NCBI GenBank assembly: GCA_034003725.1
Contig: JAVEYB010000003.1
Coordinates: 49,486 to 113,485 of the forward strand
Direction of reading: 5' to 3'
DNA from: Candidatus Zixiibacteriota bacterium
Lineage (GTDB): Bacteria > Zixibacteria > MSB-5A5 > GN15 > FEB-12
DNA length: 64,000 nt
The stretch's first letter is position 1. Each line of letters starts with the position of its first letter. The translations under genes were made by a program, and so were the position numbers. The notes beneath the pieces are model-generated. The model made no database searches and was not told where the DNA came from. It saw nothing but the letters and a program-made list of their open reading frames with translations. Below, in pieces: positions 8,509-20,152 of this stretch.

Positions 8509-8907
8509 TCAGTCCGAAACCGACATCAGGGTCACCCGGACGAGGTCCTTGAGCTGCCTCGGGGAGAACGGCTTCCGTATAAACGCCAGTCCCCCAGTGG
8601 AAAAGGACCGACCGCCATCCTCCGCCGGCGGGCGTCCGGTGAGGTATATCACGGGCGTATCACGGAGCGCCGTATCCTCTTTCAGCTGCCGGGTAACCTC
8701 GTATCCCGACATGTCGGGCATGGTGATGTCGACAAAGATGAGATCGGGCGATAACGCGCGAGCCTGCGACAGCCCCTCGCGTCCGCCGTTCGCCGTATGG
8801 ATGACATGACCGTCCGATTCAAGCACGGTCGCCACCAGCCGGGTGATCATCGGATCGTCGTCGATGACCAGGATCGATGCTTTTTTCGCAGCGGAGTCCT
8901 GACGCAT
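8509..8907 (-). CDS. Single-domain response regulator (CheY-like receiver only)
   Basis: 'ILVIDDDPMI', 'PDLIFVDITMPDMSGY' and 'TPVIYLTGR'; 132 aa with no output domain. Confidence 0.85.
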   Translation of the reverse strand: MRQDSAAKKASILVIDDDPMITRLVATVLESDGHVIHTANGGREGLSQARALSPDLIFVDITMPDMSGYEVTRQLKEDTALRDTPVIYLTGRPPAEDGGRSFSTGGLAFIRKPFSPRQLKDLVRVTLMSVSD

Positions 8908-9091
8908 GCTCGCCCCTCCTTGGTCGTATCTCGATGGAACTCGTGTCCGTATCGATTTTTATCGACAGGGCGCCGGATTTCCTGACACGATTCGGCAGTT
9001 TCGTTCGATTTGCGGCGTTCTCCTGCCGCGCGGCGATGTCGTGGGGGCGTTTTACATTGCCAAGCAGGGCCCGTTTTTCTATTCTCCGTCG

Positions 9092-9562
9092 ATGGAACAG
9101 CGGACGCCACAGATTCGGATGATCGCCCAAAACCGGCGCGCCCGGCGGGATTTCGAGATCCTCTCGACGGTCGAAGCCGGCATAGAACTGCGCGGCAGCG
9201 AAGTGAAGTCGCTTCGCGAGGGCAAGGTCAATCTTGCCGACGCCTACGCGGCGATCGAAGGCGGACAGGTTGTCCTGCGCAATCTGCATATTCCGAAGTA
9301 CAAGATGGCGACGCACGATACGCTCGATCCAGACCGTCCGCGACGGCTTTTGCTTCATCGGCAGGAGATCCGCAAACTGACCGCGCGGACGGTGCAGCGG
9401 GGCATGACCCTGATACCGCTGGCGTTGTATTTCAAGGGCAAGCGCGCCAAGGTCGAACTGGGACTGGCGGTCGGGCGTAAAAAGTACGATAAGCGCGACG
9501 CGATCGCCAAAGCCGAGGCAGATCGTCGCATCAAGCAGGCACTGAAAAAGGACCTTCGATAA
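9092..9562 (+). CDS. smpB: SsrA-binding protein SmpB
   Basis: 'IAQNRRARRDFEILSTVEAGIELRGSEVKSLREGKVNLADAY' and 'LLLHRQEIRKL', with a basic C-terminal tail. The listed ORF (8906) was trimmed to an internal ATG that gives a typical length of about 156 aa. ATG 9119 is an alternative start. Confidence 0.85.
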   Translation: MEQRTPQIRMIAQNRRARRDFEILSTVEAGIELRGSEVKSLREGKVNLADAYAAIEGGQVVLRNLHIPKYKMATHDTLDPDRPRRLLLHRQEIRKLTARTVQRGMTLIPLALYFKGKRAKVELGLAVGRKKYDKRDAIAKAEADRRIKQALKKDLR

Positions 9563-11068
9563 ATGACTCCTTTCGTGACGCGGTTGTTGTCGTTGCTGAT
9601 GGTCATGGCGCTGTCGGCCGGTCCGGCGTTCGCGCGGGACGTCAAAGTCTCCATTTCGGGCGGCTATGAAAAGGTGGAGGCGATCGAAAACAACCGGATC
9701 ATTTATGTCTCGCTGTCGCAGCTGTCGGAGATACTGGGCGGGTCGCTCGACTGGGAGATGATCGGCCATCGCGTGATCTACACGCAGAACGACGTAGCGT
9801 TCACGCTGATAATCGGCGCGCCGTACTTTCGGATGGCCGACAGCCTGTTCAACCTGACCTACCCGGTGGACTTTCGCGACGGGCAGGTGTACGTGCCGGC
9901 GATGACGTTTATTCCGTTCCTGGACCGAGTCGTGGCGCAAAACGTGTCGTGGAACTCCGACAACGAGACGATACGAGTCGACTCCGACTATTTCAACGTG
10001 ACCGATCTCGGGATCAGTCCGAAAGCCAACGGCTTGTTGATCGAGATTTTTTTGTCCAATGCCCTTGCGTACGAGCTGTTTGTCACCGAAGGGAACTGGG
10101 TGAACGTGTCGATCCGCGACGCGCGGCTCAACCGCGCGAGGATCGAGTCGCGACGCGACAGCCGGTACATGTACGATCTCAAGACGCACCAGGTGGAAAA
10201 CACGGGGCAGGTGTCGTTCCGGCTTCGCCGGGGGATCGGCACGCTGAACCACAAGCTGGTCTATAATCCGCCGCGCATCCAGATTTCGATCGCCGATACC
10301 GATTTCGAATTCGATACGACGCCGAAACCGGCGGTGGGGCCGGACGACAAGATCGACGTGATCGTTATCGACGCCGGTCACGGCGGCAAGGACTACGGGG
10401 CGGTCGGGGCGGACGGCACCCGCGAGAAGGATGTGGTGCTCGATATTGCGCGGGAGCTGGCCAAGCAGATCCGCAAGGAGAAAGAGTTCAAGGTCATCAT
10501 GACGCGGGACCGGGACAAATATGTGTCGCTGGACGAGCGGGCGAAAATCGCCAACGAGGCGGGAGCGGATTTGTTCATTTCGATTCACGCGAACGCGTCG
10601 CCGAAAAAAAATGTCCGGGGCTGGAACGTCTTTTTCCTCGCGCCCGCCAAAAACGACTCGGCGCGGGCGGTCGAGCAGTTCGAGAACTCGTTTTTCCTTC
10701 GGGAACTGGCCGACTCGCAGGACCGCGATCACGACGAGTCGTTTTCGCCGGGGCTCGATCCGATCAGCGATATACTCAACCAGATGATCATGACCGAATT
10801 CCAGGTCGAGTCGCATGATTTTGCCATGATGGTCGACCGGGAGCTTCGCCGTCGCCTCAAAAGCCCGGCGCGCGGCGTGGACCAGGCGGGGTTTTTCGTG
10901 CTCAATAAAGTGTATACGCCGTCCATCCTGGTCGAGGCGGCTTTTATCTCGAACAAGACCGAGGAGAAGCTGCTCCGCGACGGCGATTTCCACAAGGACG
11001 TTGCGGACGGCATCTACCAGGCAATCAAACGCTTCAAGGCCAAGTACGAGCTGGCCGCAAAGCAATAA
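9563..11068 (+). CDS. N-acetylmuramoyl-L-alanine amidase (AmiC-like) with N-terminal targeting/AMIN-like region
   Basis: Signal peptide. The catalytic domain contains 'VIVIDAGHGGKDYGAVG', 'DLFISIHANAS' and 'VLNKVYTPSILVEAAFISN'. The ATG directly follows the smpB stop. Confidence 0.85.
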   Translation: MTPFVTRLLSLLMVMALSAGPAFARDVKVSISGGYEKVEAIENNRIIYVSLSQLSEILGGSLDWEMIGHRVIYTQNDVAFTLIIGAPYFRMADSLFNLTYPVDFRDGQVYVPAMTFIPFLDRVVAQNVSWNSDNETIRVDSDYFNVTDLGISPKANGLLIEIFLSNALAYELFVTEGNWVNVSIRDARLNRARIESRRDSRYMYDLKTHQVENTGQVSFRLRRGIGTLNHKLVYNPPRIQISIADTDFEFDTTPKPAVGPDDKIDVIVIDAGHGGKDYGAVGADGTREKDVVLDIARELAKQIRKEKEFKVIMTRDRDKYVSLDERAKIANEAGADLFISIHANASPKKNVRGWNVFFLAPAKNDSARAVEQFENSFFLRELADSQDRDHDESFSPGLDPISDILNQMIMTEFQVESHDFAMMVDRELRRRLKSPARGVDQAGFFVLNKVYTPSILVEAAFISNKTEEKLLRDGDFHKDVADGIYQAIKRFKAKYELAAKQ

Positions 11069-11081
11069 CACGGTACAACGC

Positions 11082-11897
11082 ATGGATGCACCAATCGGCA
11101 TTTTCGACAGCGGTGTCGGCGGACTGACGGTGGCCCGCGAAGTTTTCAAGCTGCTGCCGTACGAGGACGTGGTTTATTTCGGCGATGTCGGCCGCACACC
11201 GTACGGTCCGCGTTCCAAGGAGATTATCACCCGGTTTACGGCGCAGGATATCGCCTTTCTTCTGGAGCAGAAAGTCAAGTTCATCGTGTGCGCCTGCAAC
11301 ACGGCGTCGTCGGTGGCGCTGGACCAGATCGCGGGAAACTACACGATCGATATGGTGGGGGTCATTCATCCCGGTGTCGCGGCCGCGCTGGAGAAAACGA
11401 AAAACGGCCGGATCGGCGTTATCGGCACCAACGCAACGATCAGCTCAAACGCCTACGCGCGCGTTATCCATGAAAACGACCCGGATATCAAAGTCTTCTC
11501 GCTGGCCTGTCCGCTGTTCGTGCCGCTGGCCGAGGAAGGATATATCAAAAAAGCGACCTACCTGATCGCGCAGGACTACCTGCAGACGATGCACGATGTC
11601 GAGATCGACACGCTGATACTCGGCTGCACGCATTATCCGTTGCTGAAGGACGTGATTGCCGAGGTGATGGGGGACACGGTCGTGCTTATCGACAGCGGCG
11701 AGGAGACCGCGCGGGTGGTGTACCGTCGGCTGACCGAATCCAGCCTGCTGCATTCGCGCGCGTCGCAGCATCCCCGGGTGGAGGGGGAGCACAAGTTCTA
11801 CGTGTCCGATGTTCCGGAGAAGTTCACGCAAGTGGCGAGCCGGTTTCTGGGGTGGAATATCGACAAGGTGACGCGGATAGATATAGGGCAGTACTAG
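11082..11897 (+). CDS. murI: Glutamate racemase
   Basis: 'IGIFDSGVGGLTVAREV', 'VYFGDVGRTPYG', 'IVCACNTASS' and 'LGCTHYPLL'. The start was trimmed to MDAPIG. Confidence 0.9.
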   Translation: MDAPIGIFDSGVGGLTVAREVFKLLPYEDVVYFGDVGRTPYGPRSKEIITRFTAQDIAFLLEQKVKFIVCACNTASSVALDQIAGNYTIDMVGVIHPGVAAALEKTKNGRIGVIGTNATISSNAYARVIHENDPDIKVFSLACPLFVPLAEEGYIKKATYLIAQDYLQTMHDVEIDTLILGCTHYPLLKDVIAEVMGDTVVLIDSGEETARVVYRRLTESSLLHSRASQHPRVEGEHKFYVSDVPEKFTQVASRFLGWNIDKVTRIDIGQY

Positions 11898-11925
11898 GCA
11901 GAGTCTCGATTACACGGAACCGTAG

Positions 11926-12549
11926 ATGCAACTCGTTCTGGCGACGAATAACAAAGACAAAATCCGGGAGATCAAAGACCTGCTCGATGATCTGCCGATC
12001 TCGATTTTCACCCGCGATGACTTTCTCGAGTTTCCCGATCCCAAAGAACACGGCGCGACGCTCGAAGAAAACGCGATTATCAAGGCGACCGCAATCCGCG
12101 ACTTCTGCGGGATGCCGTCGCTGGCCGATGATTCCGGGCTCGAGGTGGACGCGCTTGACGGGGCGCCCGGCGTGTACAGCTCCCGTTACGCAGGGGAGAA
12201 CTGCACCTATGCGGACAACAACCGCAAGCTGCTGCGCGAGCTGACCGGGGTGCCGGACCGCAAGCGCACCGCCCGATTCTGCTGTGTGATCGCGATTGCG
12301 TGGGTCGACGGTTCGGTGGAGACGGTGGAGGGGGTCGCCGAGGGGAGAATTGCCGAAGATGTGACCGGCCGCGAGGGGTTTGGATACGATCCCGTGTTTT
12401 ACTATCCGCCGGCCAAGAAGCGGTTCGCCGAAATGACGCTCGACGAGAAAAACCTCGTCAGTCATCGCGGCATTGCGCTGGAGAAAGCACGCGACCTGTT
12501 GATCGAGCGTCTCAACGAGAACCTTCCCGACGACATCTACGAACTCTGA
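11926..12549 (+). CDS. rdgB: dITP/XTP pyrophosphatase (RdgB/HAM1 family)
   Basis: 'LVLATNNKDKIREI', 'ADDSGLEVDALDGAPGVYSSRYAG', 'GFGYDPVF' and 'KNLVSHRGIAL'. Confidence 0.85.
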   Translation: MQLVLATNNKDKIREIKDLLDDLPISIFTRDDFLEFPDPKEHGATLEENAIIKATAIRDFCGMPSLADDSGLEVDALDGAPGVYSSRYAGENCTYADNNRKLLRELTGVPDRKRTARFCCVIAIAWVDGSVETVEGVAEGRIAEDVTGREGFGYDPVFYYPPAKKRFAEMTLDEKNLVSHRGIALEKARDLLIERLNENLPDDIYEL

Positions 12550-12616
12550 TGATCCGGTGACGTAAGGCGGGGGAGAGGACGCTAGAGGTCTTTACCTTGA
12601 TGCGCGTAAGGGGGGA

Positions 12617-14659
<2,043 letters not shown>

Positions 14660-14674
14660 TCAATCACAAGTCGT

Positions 14675-15172
14675 TTATGCCTGCGGAGGGGGATCGGGCC
14701 GGCTTTTCCGGAAGGCGGCGATGTCCTGCCCGGCGAGATCGTCGACGATATCGGTGACCCAGATGCGGGCCACGCATCCGGTGTCATCGCAATCGACAAT
14801 CACCGACCACGCGGGCTGATAGCTCGATGTGGCGGGCCGGTCGCTGAACTCGACCATGAGCAGGTCGCGGTCCGGATTGGTGAAGAAACGCGCCGGGGGC
14901 AGCGCCGCGCGGAAGTCCAGCCACCGGATATCGGACGGCTGCGCGTAATGGGGGACGGTCAATTTCTCGACCACCTCCCAGCGTCGCCGCGCCTCGCGAA
15001 TTTCCACAAACAGCAACATCCCGTGTTTGTCGAGGTCGAACCGGATGAGATCGGACTCGAGGTAATTGAAAAAGCGGTGCGCCGGATCGTACGGGGCAAG
15101 CTGGACGTACAGCGTGTCTTCTTCCAGTTGATAAAAACCCCGGCCGATGGGGATTTCATCGGCCGGGGGCAT
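14675..15172 (-). CDS. Hypothetical protein, possibly a tandem pair of DUF2283-like small domains
   Basis: The listed 293-aa ORF overlaps ybgF. I trimmed it to the ATG at 15172 (MPPADEIPIG..). Two halves share a pattern ('EDTLYVQL..IRFDLDKHGMLLFVEI' and 'RDLLMVEF..VIVDCDDTGCVARIWVTDI'). Confidence 0.4.
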   Translation of the reverse strand: MPPADEIPIGRGFYQLEEDTLYVQLAPYDPAHRFFNYLESDLIRFDLDKHGMLLFVEIREARRRWEVVEKLTVPHYAQPSDIRWLDFRAALPPARFFTNPDRDLLMVEFSDRPATSSYQPAWSVIVDCDDTGCVARIWVTDIVDDLAGQDIAAFRKSRPDPPPQA

Positions 15173-15206
15173 AATGCTGATTTCCAATCGCCCCGTGTCC
15201 ACCGGG

Positions 15207-16013
15207 TTATAACTCCTTGAGACGGTCCTTCGCTTGTGGCGCTTCAGGAGACTCGGGATAGTCGCTGACGATCTTCTGAAACAGGGTACGCGCCTCATCC
15301 TTCCGTCCGAGTTCCTGCTTGGCGCGTCCGATCTTGTACATGGCCGAGACCAGCTTGGATGACTTCGGATAGGTCGCCACGAGGTGTTCGAATTCCGGCA
15401 CGGCCCGATCATATCGTTCCTGCCGGTAGTAGCATTCGCCGATCCAGAAATAGGCATCGGATACGTTGCTGTGCGTGCCGCACTCGGCCAGGAAGTTCCT
15501 GAAGCCGTCGATTGCACGGTCGTACTGCTCGGCCCGGACAAGCAGGAATGTCTCATCGTAGGTCGAGTCGCAGTTGTACAGAGTTGTCACCGGCGGCGGA
15601 GGCGGCGTGCCCGGAGCGGCGTTGGTCGGGCCGGTGTGGGTCGCATCGCCGACCGATCCTCTCAGCACCCCGCGTGACTCGAGTTGCCGCCGCATCTGGT
15701 TCAACTCGTTGACCAGCTGGTTGTAATTTTCCAGCAGGGTCGAAATCTGCTGCTGCAGCTCGGCCATCGAAAGGCGCACGTCGGAGCGAAGCGCGTTGTT
15801 GGATGCGGTCGACGTCGCGATCAGTGAGTCCACGCGCTCGACGATATTGGCGTTGGTGCGATTCTGGGACTCGATCCGCGTCAACTGGTCTTTGATTTCT
15901 TCGACGTCGCGCTTGGTTGCGCACGAGGAGAACAGCAGGCCGACAAGAAGAACCGCCGTCAGGACGACGGCGGTTCTTGGCATATGTCTTACACTAAACA
16001 TGATTGCCACCAC
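15207..16013 (-). CDS. ybgF: Tol-Pal system protein YbgF/CpoB (coiled coil + TPR)
   Basis: It has a signal/anchor, an N-terminal coiled coil ('IEEIKDQLTRIESQ..') and a C-terminal TPR ('YDRAIDGFRNFLAECGTHSNVSDAYFWIGECYY', 'AKQELGRKDEARTLFQKIVSDYPES'). It sits directly downstream of pal. Confidence 0.7.
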   Translation of the reverse strand: MVAIMFSVRHMPRTAVVLTAVLLVGLLFSSCATKRDVEEIKDQLTRIESQNRTNANIVERVDSLIATSTASNNALRSDVRLSMAELQQQISTLLENYNQLVNELNQMRRQLESRGVLRGSVGDATHTGPTNAAPGTPPPPPVTTLYNCDSTYDETFLLVRAEQYDRAIDGFRNFLAECGTHSNVSDAYFWIGECYYRQERYDRAVPEFEHLVATYPKSSKLVSAMYKIGRAKQELGRKDEARTLFQKIVSDYPESPEAPQAKDRLKEL

Positions 16014-16022
16014 AAATCGTGG

Positions 16023-16538
16023 CTACTGCGAGATAATGCGGAACTCGACGCGACGGTTCTTGGCCCAGGCGGCCTCGGTGTGGCCGTTGTCGGCCGGACG
16101 CTCTTCGCCATAGCTGATCGTCGACAGGCGAGCCGCATTGATTCCGCGGTCCACGAGGTATTTCTTCACCGCGTTGGCGCGTTTCTCGCCGAGCGCGATG
16201 TTATACTCGACGGTGCCGCGCTCATCGCAGTGTCCCTCGAGCATCAGCATCGCATTCGGAAATTCCACGAGTTTCTCGTAGTTTTTATCCAGCGACGTCA
16301 TTGCATCGGGGCGGAGGTTGAACTTGTCGAAATCGAAATACACGGTTTCGAGCTGTGATTCTTTCAACTCCGGCGGCGGCGGTGGCGGCGGCGGCGGAGG
16401 CGGCGGCGGTTCCGGAGTCGTATCCTGTACTACCGGAGTAGGTTCTTCGGGCGGCGGCGGAGGGGTCTTCCCCGGGCAGCCGGCGAGAACCGCCATCAGA
16501 AAAGTGGCACCCAGTAACAGAAAAAGCGCTTTCTTCAT
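16023..16538 (-). CDS. pal: Peptidoglycan-associated lipoprotein Pal (OmpA-like domain) with long polyproline linker
   Basis: Lipobox 'LAGC'. OmpA-like region 'VYFDFDKFNLRPDA..LEGHCDERGTVEYNIALGEKRANAVKKYL..ISYGEERP'. It lies in the tol operon. Confidence 0.85.
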   Translation of the reverse strand: MKKALFLLLGATFLMAVLAGCPGKTPPPPPEEPTPVVQDTTPEPPPPPPPPPPPPPELKESQLETVYFDFDKFNLRPDAMTSLDKNYEKLVEFPNAMLMLEGHCDERGTVEYNIALGEKRANAVKKYLVDRGINAARLSTISYGEERPADNGHTEAAWAKNRRVEFRIISQ

Positions 16539-16731
16539 ACTTCCCTGCCCTTCCTAGCGGGTATAGCGTAAAGTTATCTGTGTCAAGCCAATAACGGCTC
16601 GAATCTATACAACGAGCACGTCCGGGTCAACAAAAATCGACCAAACATTCCCCCCCGGGACAGTCTCTGCGTCGGGATACCTCGGACCCCGGAAGGCGGC
16701 CGAGGGTACCGACAGGCGCCCCTGCGGCGTG

Positions 16732-18048
16732 TCACCGCCTCGGAAGCGGCCCCCAGGCCGGATTTGTGACGTTTCCTTCGGAAGTCAGTCGCCGCTGGTT
16801 GCGTCCCGACAAATCCATCGTAAAAATATCTCCTCCGCTCAGGCGTGTGGAACTGAAGACGATGTGCTTGCCGTCGGGGGAGAAGTGGGGATTTTCGTTC
16901 GTGCCGAGCTGGGTCATGATGCGGTAGTCGTATCCTGACGTATCGATCGAGGCCAGGTCGAACCGTCCGCGCGGCGTGCGAGAGACAAAGGTGATTCTAT
17001 CACCGCGATGCGACCAGATCGGCGAGTCGTTATATCCTCCGGCGAACGTCAACCGACGCGTCTCGATACCGTCGGCGTCCGAAATGTAGATCTGGGGCGA
17101 TCCCGTCCGGTCCGACGAATACGCGATATAACGACCGTCGGGGGACCAGGTGGGAGACGACTCGATTGCCGGATGTCGCGTCACACGCTTGATGATACGA
17201 CCTTCGAGATCCAGCACGTAGATTTCGTGGTCGCCGTCTTTCGAAAGTACACAGGCGATTTTCTTGCCATCGGGCGAAACGGACGGCGCGGTTACCGATC
17301 CCGGGAAATCGCCGATTTTCCGTTCCTCGCCGGTATTCACATCGACCCGGTACAACTGCGGCGAACCGCCTTTGTAGCTGGTGAAATAGACGTGTTCGGC
17401 GTCGGGGGCGAAGGCGGGAGACACGTTGATCGATTTATTATTGGTCAGTTGCTTTTCGTTGGCCCCGTCGTAGTCCGCCATAAACAGCTCTTTGGCCTGG
17501 CCGATCTTTTTGATATACGCGATCTTCGTGCGGAAAATGCCCGGGTCGCCGGTCATTTCCTGCACCACCTGATTGGCGACATCGTGAGCCAGCAGTCGCC
17601 AGAACTGGCGATGATAGTCGAAATGACCGTCGGCGATCTCCCGTCGAGAGCGAGTATCATACAGCCGCCATGTGACGCGCATGTTGGCGCCGGGGAAGGA
17701 GCCGTCGAGCTTCACGACATAATCAGCGCCGAGGCGCTGCCATCCGCCGATATCGAGCTCGGTCAATTCGTACGTTTCCATGTAGAACGGATCGAGCGGG
17801 ATCAGCTCGAAGTCCGCGTAGAAATCCAGGTCGTTTTGAATCACACGCACCACGTACTGCATCAGCAGGGAGTCGTCGGCGGAGATCGGATCCGAGGTCG
17901 CGGGTTTCATGTTGTCAACCGCCACCGGGATGGCACGGAAACCGCCGGAGATGGTGTCAAAGGGAATGGTGCGGACGCTCGTGTCCTGAGCGGCTGCGCT
18001 GCCGGCCAGGATGACGAGTGTTGCCCAGACTGCCAGACCGAATTTCAT
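16732..18048 (-). CDS. tolB: Tol-Pal system beta-propeller protein TolB
   Basis: Signal peptide MKFGLAVWATLVILAGSAAAQD. It has repeated 'SPxFSPDGKxIxF/YxS' propeller blades ('PAFAPDAEHVYFTS', 'PSVSPDGKKIACV', 'PTWSPDGRYIAYSSDR', 'PHFSPDGKHIVFSS'). The listed ORF was trimmed to the ATG at 18048. Confidence 0.85.
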   Translation of the reverse strand: MKFGLAVWATLVILAGSAAAQDTSVRTIPFDTISGGFRAIPVAVDNMKPATSDPISADDSLLMQYVVRVIQNDLDFYADFELIPLDPFYMETYELTELDIGGWQRLGADYVVKLDGSFPGANMRVTWRLYDTRSRREIADGHFDYHRQFWRLLAHDVANQVVQEMTGDPGIFRTKIAYIKKIGQAKELFMADYDGANEKQLTNNKSINVSPAFAPDAEHVYFTSYKGGSPQLYRVDVNTGEERKIGDFPGSVTAPSVSPDGKKIACVLSKDGDHEIYVLDLEGRIIKRVTRHPAIESSPTWSPDGRYIAYSSDRTGSPQIYISDADGIETRRLTFAGGYNDSPIWSHRGDRITFVSRTPRGRFDLASIDTSGYDYRIMTQLGTNENPHFSPDGKHIVFSSTRLSGGDIFTMDLSGRNQRRLTSEGNVTNPAWGPLPRR

Positions 18049-18058
18049 TACGAGTCCT

Positions 18059-18805
18059 TTACCTGTTCGTAAACGGTACGGTAATCCCGATGATTTCGTC
18101 GCGGAATTCCCTCGGGAGCGGGGTGAACGGTTTGGAGCGCTCGATCGCCGCGACGCAGGCGTCATCAAAGGCCGGGACGCCGCTGGGCGTCTGCACTTTG
18201 ATTTCGAGCACCCGGCCGGAGCGAATAACCTGAAAATAGACCACGCACACGAGCTTGGCGTCGGTATTGATCGGGTTCTGGAAATTGTTCGCTATCTGTG
18301 TGAACGCCAGGTCAAACCAGTACGGATAGTCGAACGAGGCGTTGTCGACGCGAGCGCCGGCGAACGGCGATCCGGAGGCGCTCACTTCGACATCGGTAGA
18401 GCCGTCGGCCGTGCCCGCGCGGCGCGTATCGCCGGTCACGGCGTCGAGGTTTTTCTGTGTCTTGTCGGGTTTTTTCTGTTCCGGCTTTTTGACGGGCGCG
18501 GGCTTCGTCTCCGGGATTTTCACCGGCTTGGCCGTGACCGGGTCATCGATCGGAATTACTTCCGGTTCCGCTTCCATCGCTTTGGGAATCGTCAGCGGCT
18601 TGATCGGCTGCGGCGGGGCGTCGGGCTGGACCGGCAGCGGCGGCGCGGAGATCAGTCTGACGGAGATGACGTTGCCGAGCGTGTCGGGCCGCGAGGCGAA
18701 GGTCACGGGAAGAAACGTCGATGCGACGATCATCACGTGCAGGATCACCGACAGCGTGATGTCTTTCGAGGAGAGGTCGGTGCGTATGGAGGCTGCTTTT
18801 CGCAC
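18059..18805 (-). CDS. TolA-like protein (N-terminal anchor, Pro/Lys-rich linker, TonB-type C-terminal domain)
   Basis: TM 'LSVILHVMIVASTFLPV', linker 'PVKIPETKPAPVKKPEQKKPDK', C-terminal 'GRVLEIKVQTPSGVPAFDDACVAAIERSKPFTPLP'. It lies between tolR and tolB. Confidence 0.65.
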   Translation of the reverse strand: MRKAASIRTDLSSKDITLSVILHVMIVASTFLPVTFASRPDTLGNVISVRLISAPPLPVQPDAPPQPIKPLTIPKAMEAEPEVIPIDDPVTAKPVKIPETKPAPVKKPEQKKPDKTQKNLDAVTGDTRRAGTADGSTDVEVSASGSPFAGARVDNASFDYPYWFDLAFTQIANNFQNPINTDAKLVCVVYFQVIRSGRVLEIKVQTPSGVPAFDDACVAAIERSKPFTPLPREFRDEIIGITVPFTNR

Positions 18806-18807
18806 GG

Positions 18808-19230
18808 CTATTTTCGCCCGCCTTCCTCGTGTCCGGTGACCAGGCCGATCGCCTCGATGCCCATTTCTTTCATGCGGCCGATGATGTCGATCACCGCCCC
18901 GTACGCGACCGCGGAGTCGCCGCGCACGTATACCGACCCGGTGTTCTTACTGACCATTTCCGCTTTGAGGCGCTCTTCGAAATTGGTCGGGTTCGAGAAA
19001 ACGTCGTTGATATACACGCCGCCTTTCTTGTCGACCGTAATCACCACGCCTTCGGCTTCTTCCTCGATGGCCGCGGCTGTCGTTTTCGGCAGGTCGATTT
19101 CAATACCCGACTGCAGCAGCGGCGCGGAGATCATGAAGATGATCAGCAGCACGAGGACCACGTCAACGAGATTGGCGATATTGATATCGGCCATGGTGTG
19201 GTACGAGCGGATATGGCGCCGACGGATCAT
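18808..19230 (-). CDS. tolR: Biopolymer transport protein TolR/ExbD
   Basis: 'MADINIANLVDVVLVLLIIFMISAP' (the conserved TM with Asp) and 'VYVRGDSAVAYGAVIDIIGRMKEMG'. It overlaps tolQ by 4 nt. Confidence 0.85.
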   Translation of the reverse strand: MIRRRHIRSYHTMADINIANLVDVVLVLLIIFMISAPLLQSGIEIDLPKTTAAAIEEEAEGVVITVDKKGGVYINDVFSNPTNFEERLKAEMVSKNTGSVYVRGDSAVAYGAVIDIIGRMKEMGIEAIGLVTGHEEGGRK

Positions 19231-19919
19231 CGCGATTCCTTCTTTGCGCGGGCGATGAAATCGAGCACGAAGGCGTTGGTGTGGTCGGTCAGCTGTCGCA
19301 TGAAGTTGTTCGCCCAGTTGTAAGCGATCACGGCGGGGATGGCGGCGCCGAGTCCGACGATAGTGGCCAGCAGCGCTTCGGCAATACCGGGTGCGACCAC
19401 CGCCAGCGACGCCGACCCGCGCTCGCCGATCGACCAGAACGAATCCATGATGCCGACGACCGTACCGAGAAGGCCCATGAAGGGGGCCGAAGATCCGGTG
19501 GTGGCCAAAAAGACGTTTCGTCGTTCGAGCCGCGACAATTCATCGGTGCCGACCTTCTGCATGGTCATCTCGACGATCTCGAAGTCATCGTTGTCGAGTC
19601 GATCGAGTTGGTTCTGGAGTCCGCCGCCCTCGTTTTTGAGTTCGCGCAGCCGGGTCATCTCTTCATAGCCGGCGGTATACATGGTGGCCAGCGGAGAGAG
19701 GGCGTACGATTTGGCCTGACCGATCGAATCCGCCAGGCGTCGCGAACGGCTGAACTGGGCGCGGAACTGCGCGTCGGCGTGCGACACGGCGCGAAACAGG
19801 CGCCACTTGTGTCCGATAATGGCCCATGACACCAGTGACATGGTGACCAGCACAATCAGGATAAAGACGCCGAATGTGGACGTCTGTTTGATAATCTGCC
19901 AAATCGAGATGCTCTCCAT
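19227..19919 (-). CDS. tolQ: MotA/TolQ/ExbB-family proton channel, TolQ
   Basis: Three TM segments. 'LATTGSSAPFMGLLGTVVGIMDSF' and 'VAPGIAEALLATIVGLGAAIPAVIAYN' are family hallmarks. Confidence 0.85.
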   Translation of the reverse strand: MESISIWQIIKQTSTFGVFILIVLVTMSLVSWAIIGHKWRLFRAVSHADAQFRAQFSRSRRLADSIGQAKSYALSPLATMYTAGYEEMTRLRELKNEGGGLQNQLDRLDNDDFEIVEMTMQKVGTDELSRLERRNVFLATTGSSAPFMGLLGTVVGIMDSFWSIGERGSASLAVVAPGIAEALLATIVGLGAAIPAVIAYNWANNFMRQLTDHTNAFVLDFIARAKKESR

Positions 19920-20152
19920 ACCGGTTCTACACGCCTTTCAGAACAAAGTTTACGCCGCGACAGGCGGGCGGCGGGAAAAAATTACCCGAATTGTAATCAT
20001 TAGACTCATGTGCAAAGACTGTCAACAACAATAGCCGAACCGGCAAAAAAAGTCCGCGGGTGCGACTAAAAACTTGACTTGTTTTGCGGGACGGTCCTTT
20101 TTGACGCAGTTAGTTGTAAACTGTCTCGTTCAGTCGTAAGGAGTCCGTACCC

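Noticed and set aside
8819-11149. Very long (776 aa) minus-strand ORF spanning smpB, the amidase gene and the start of murI
   Set aside because: The translation is Arg/His/Pro/Val-rich low-information sequence. It lies antisense to three plus-strand genes with unmistakable family motifs. This is a typical stop-poor antisense frame in GC-rich DNA.
14675-15556. Full 293-aa minus-strand ORF as one gene
   Set aside because: Its upstream 128 codons overlap ybgF in another frame and look like junk. I trimmed it to the ATG at 15172, just downstream of the ybgF stop.
16318-16557. 79-aa plus-strand ORF with a poly-Gly run
   Set aside because: It is the antisense reading of the Pal polyproline tract.
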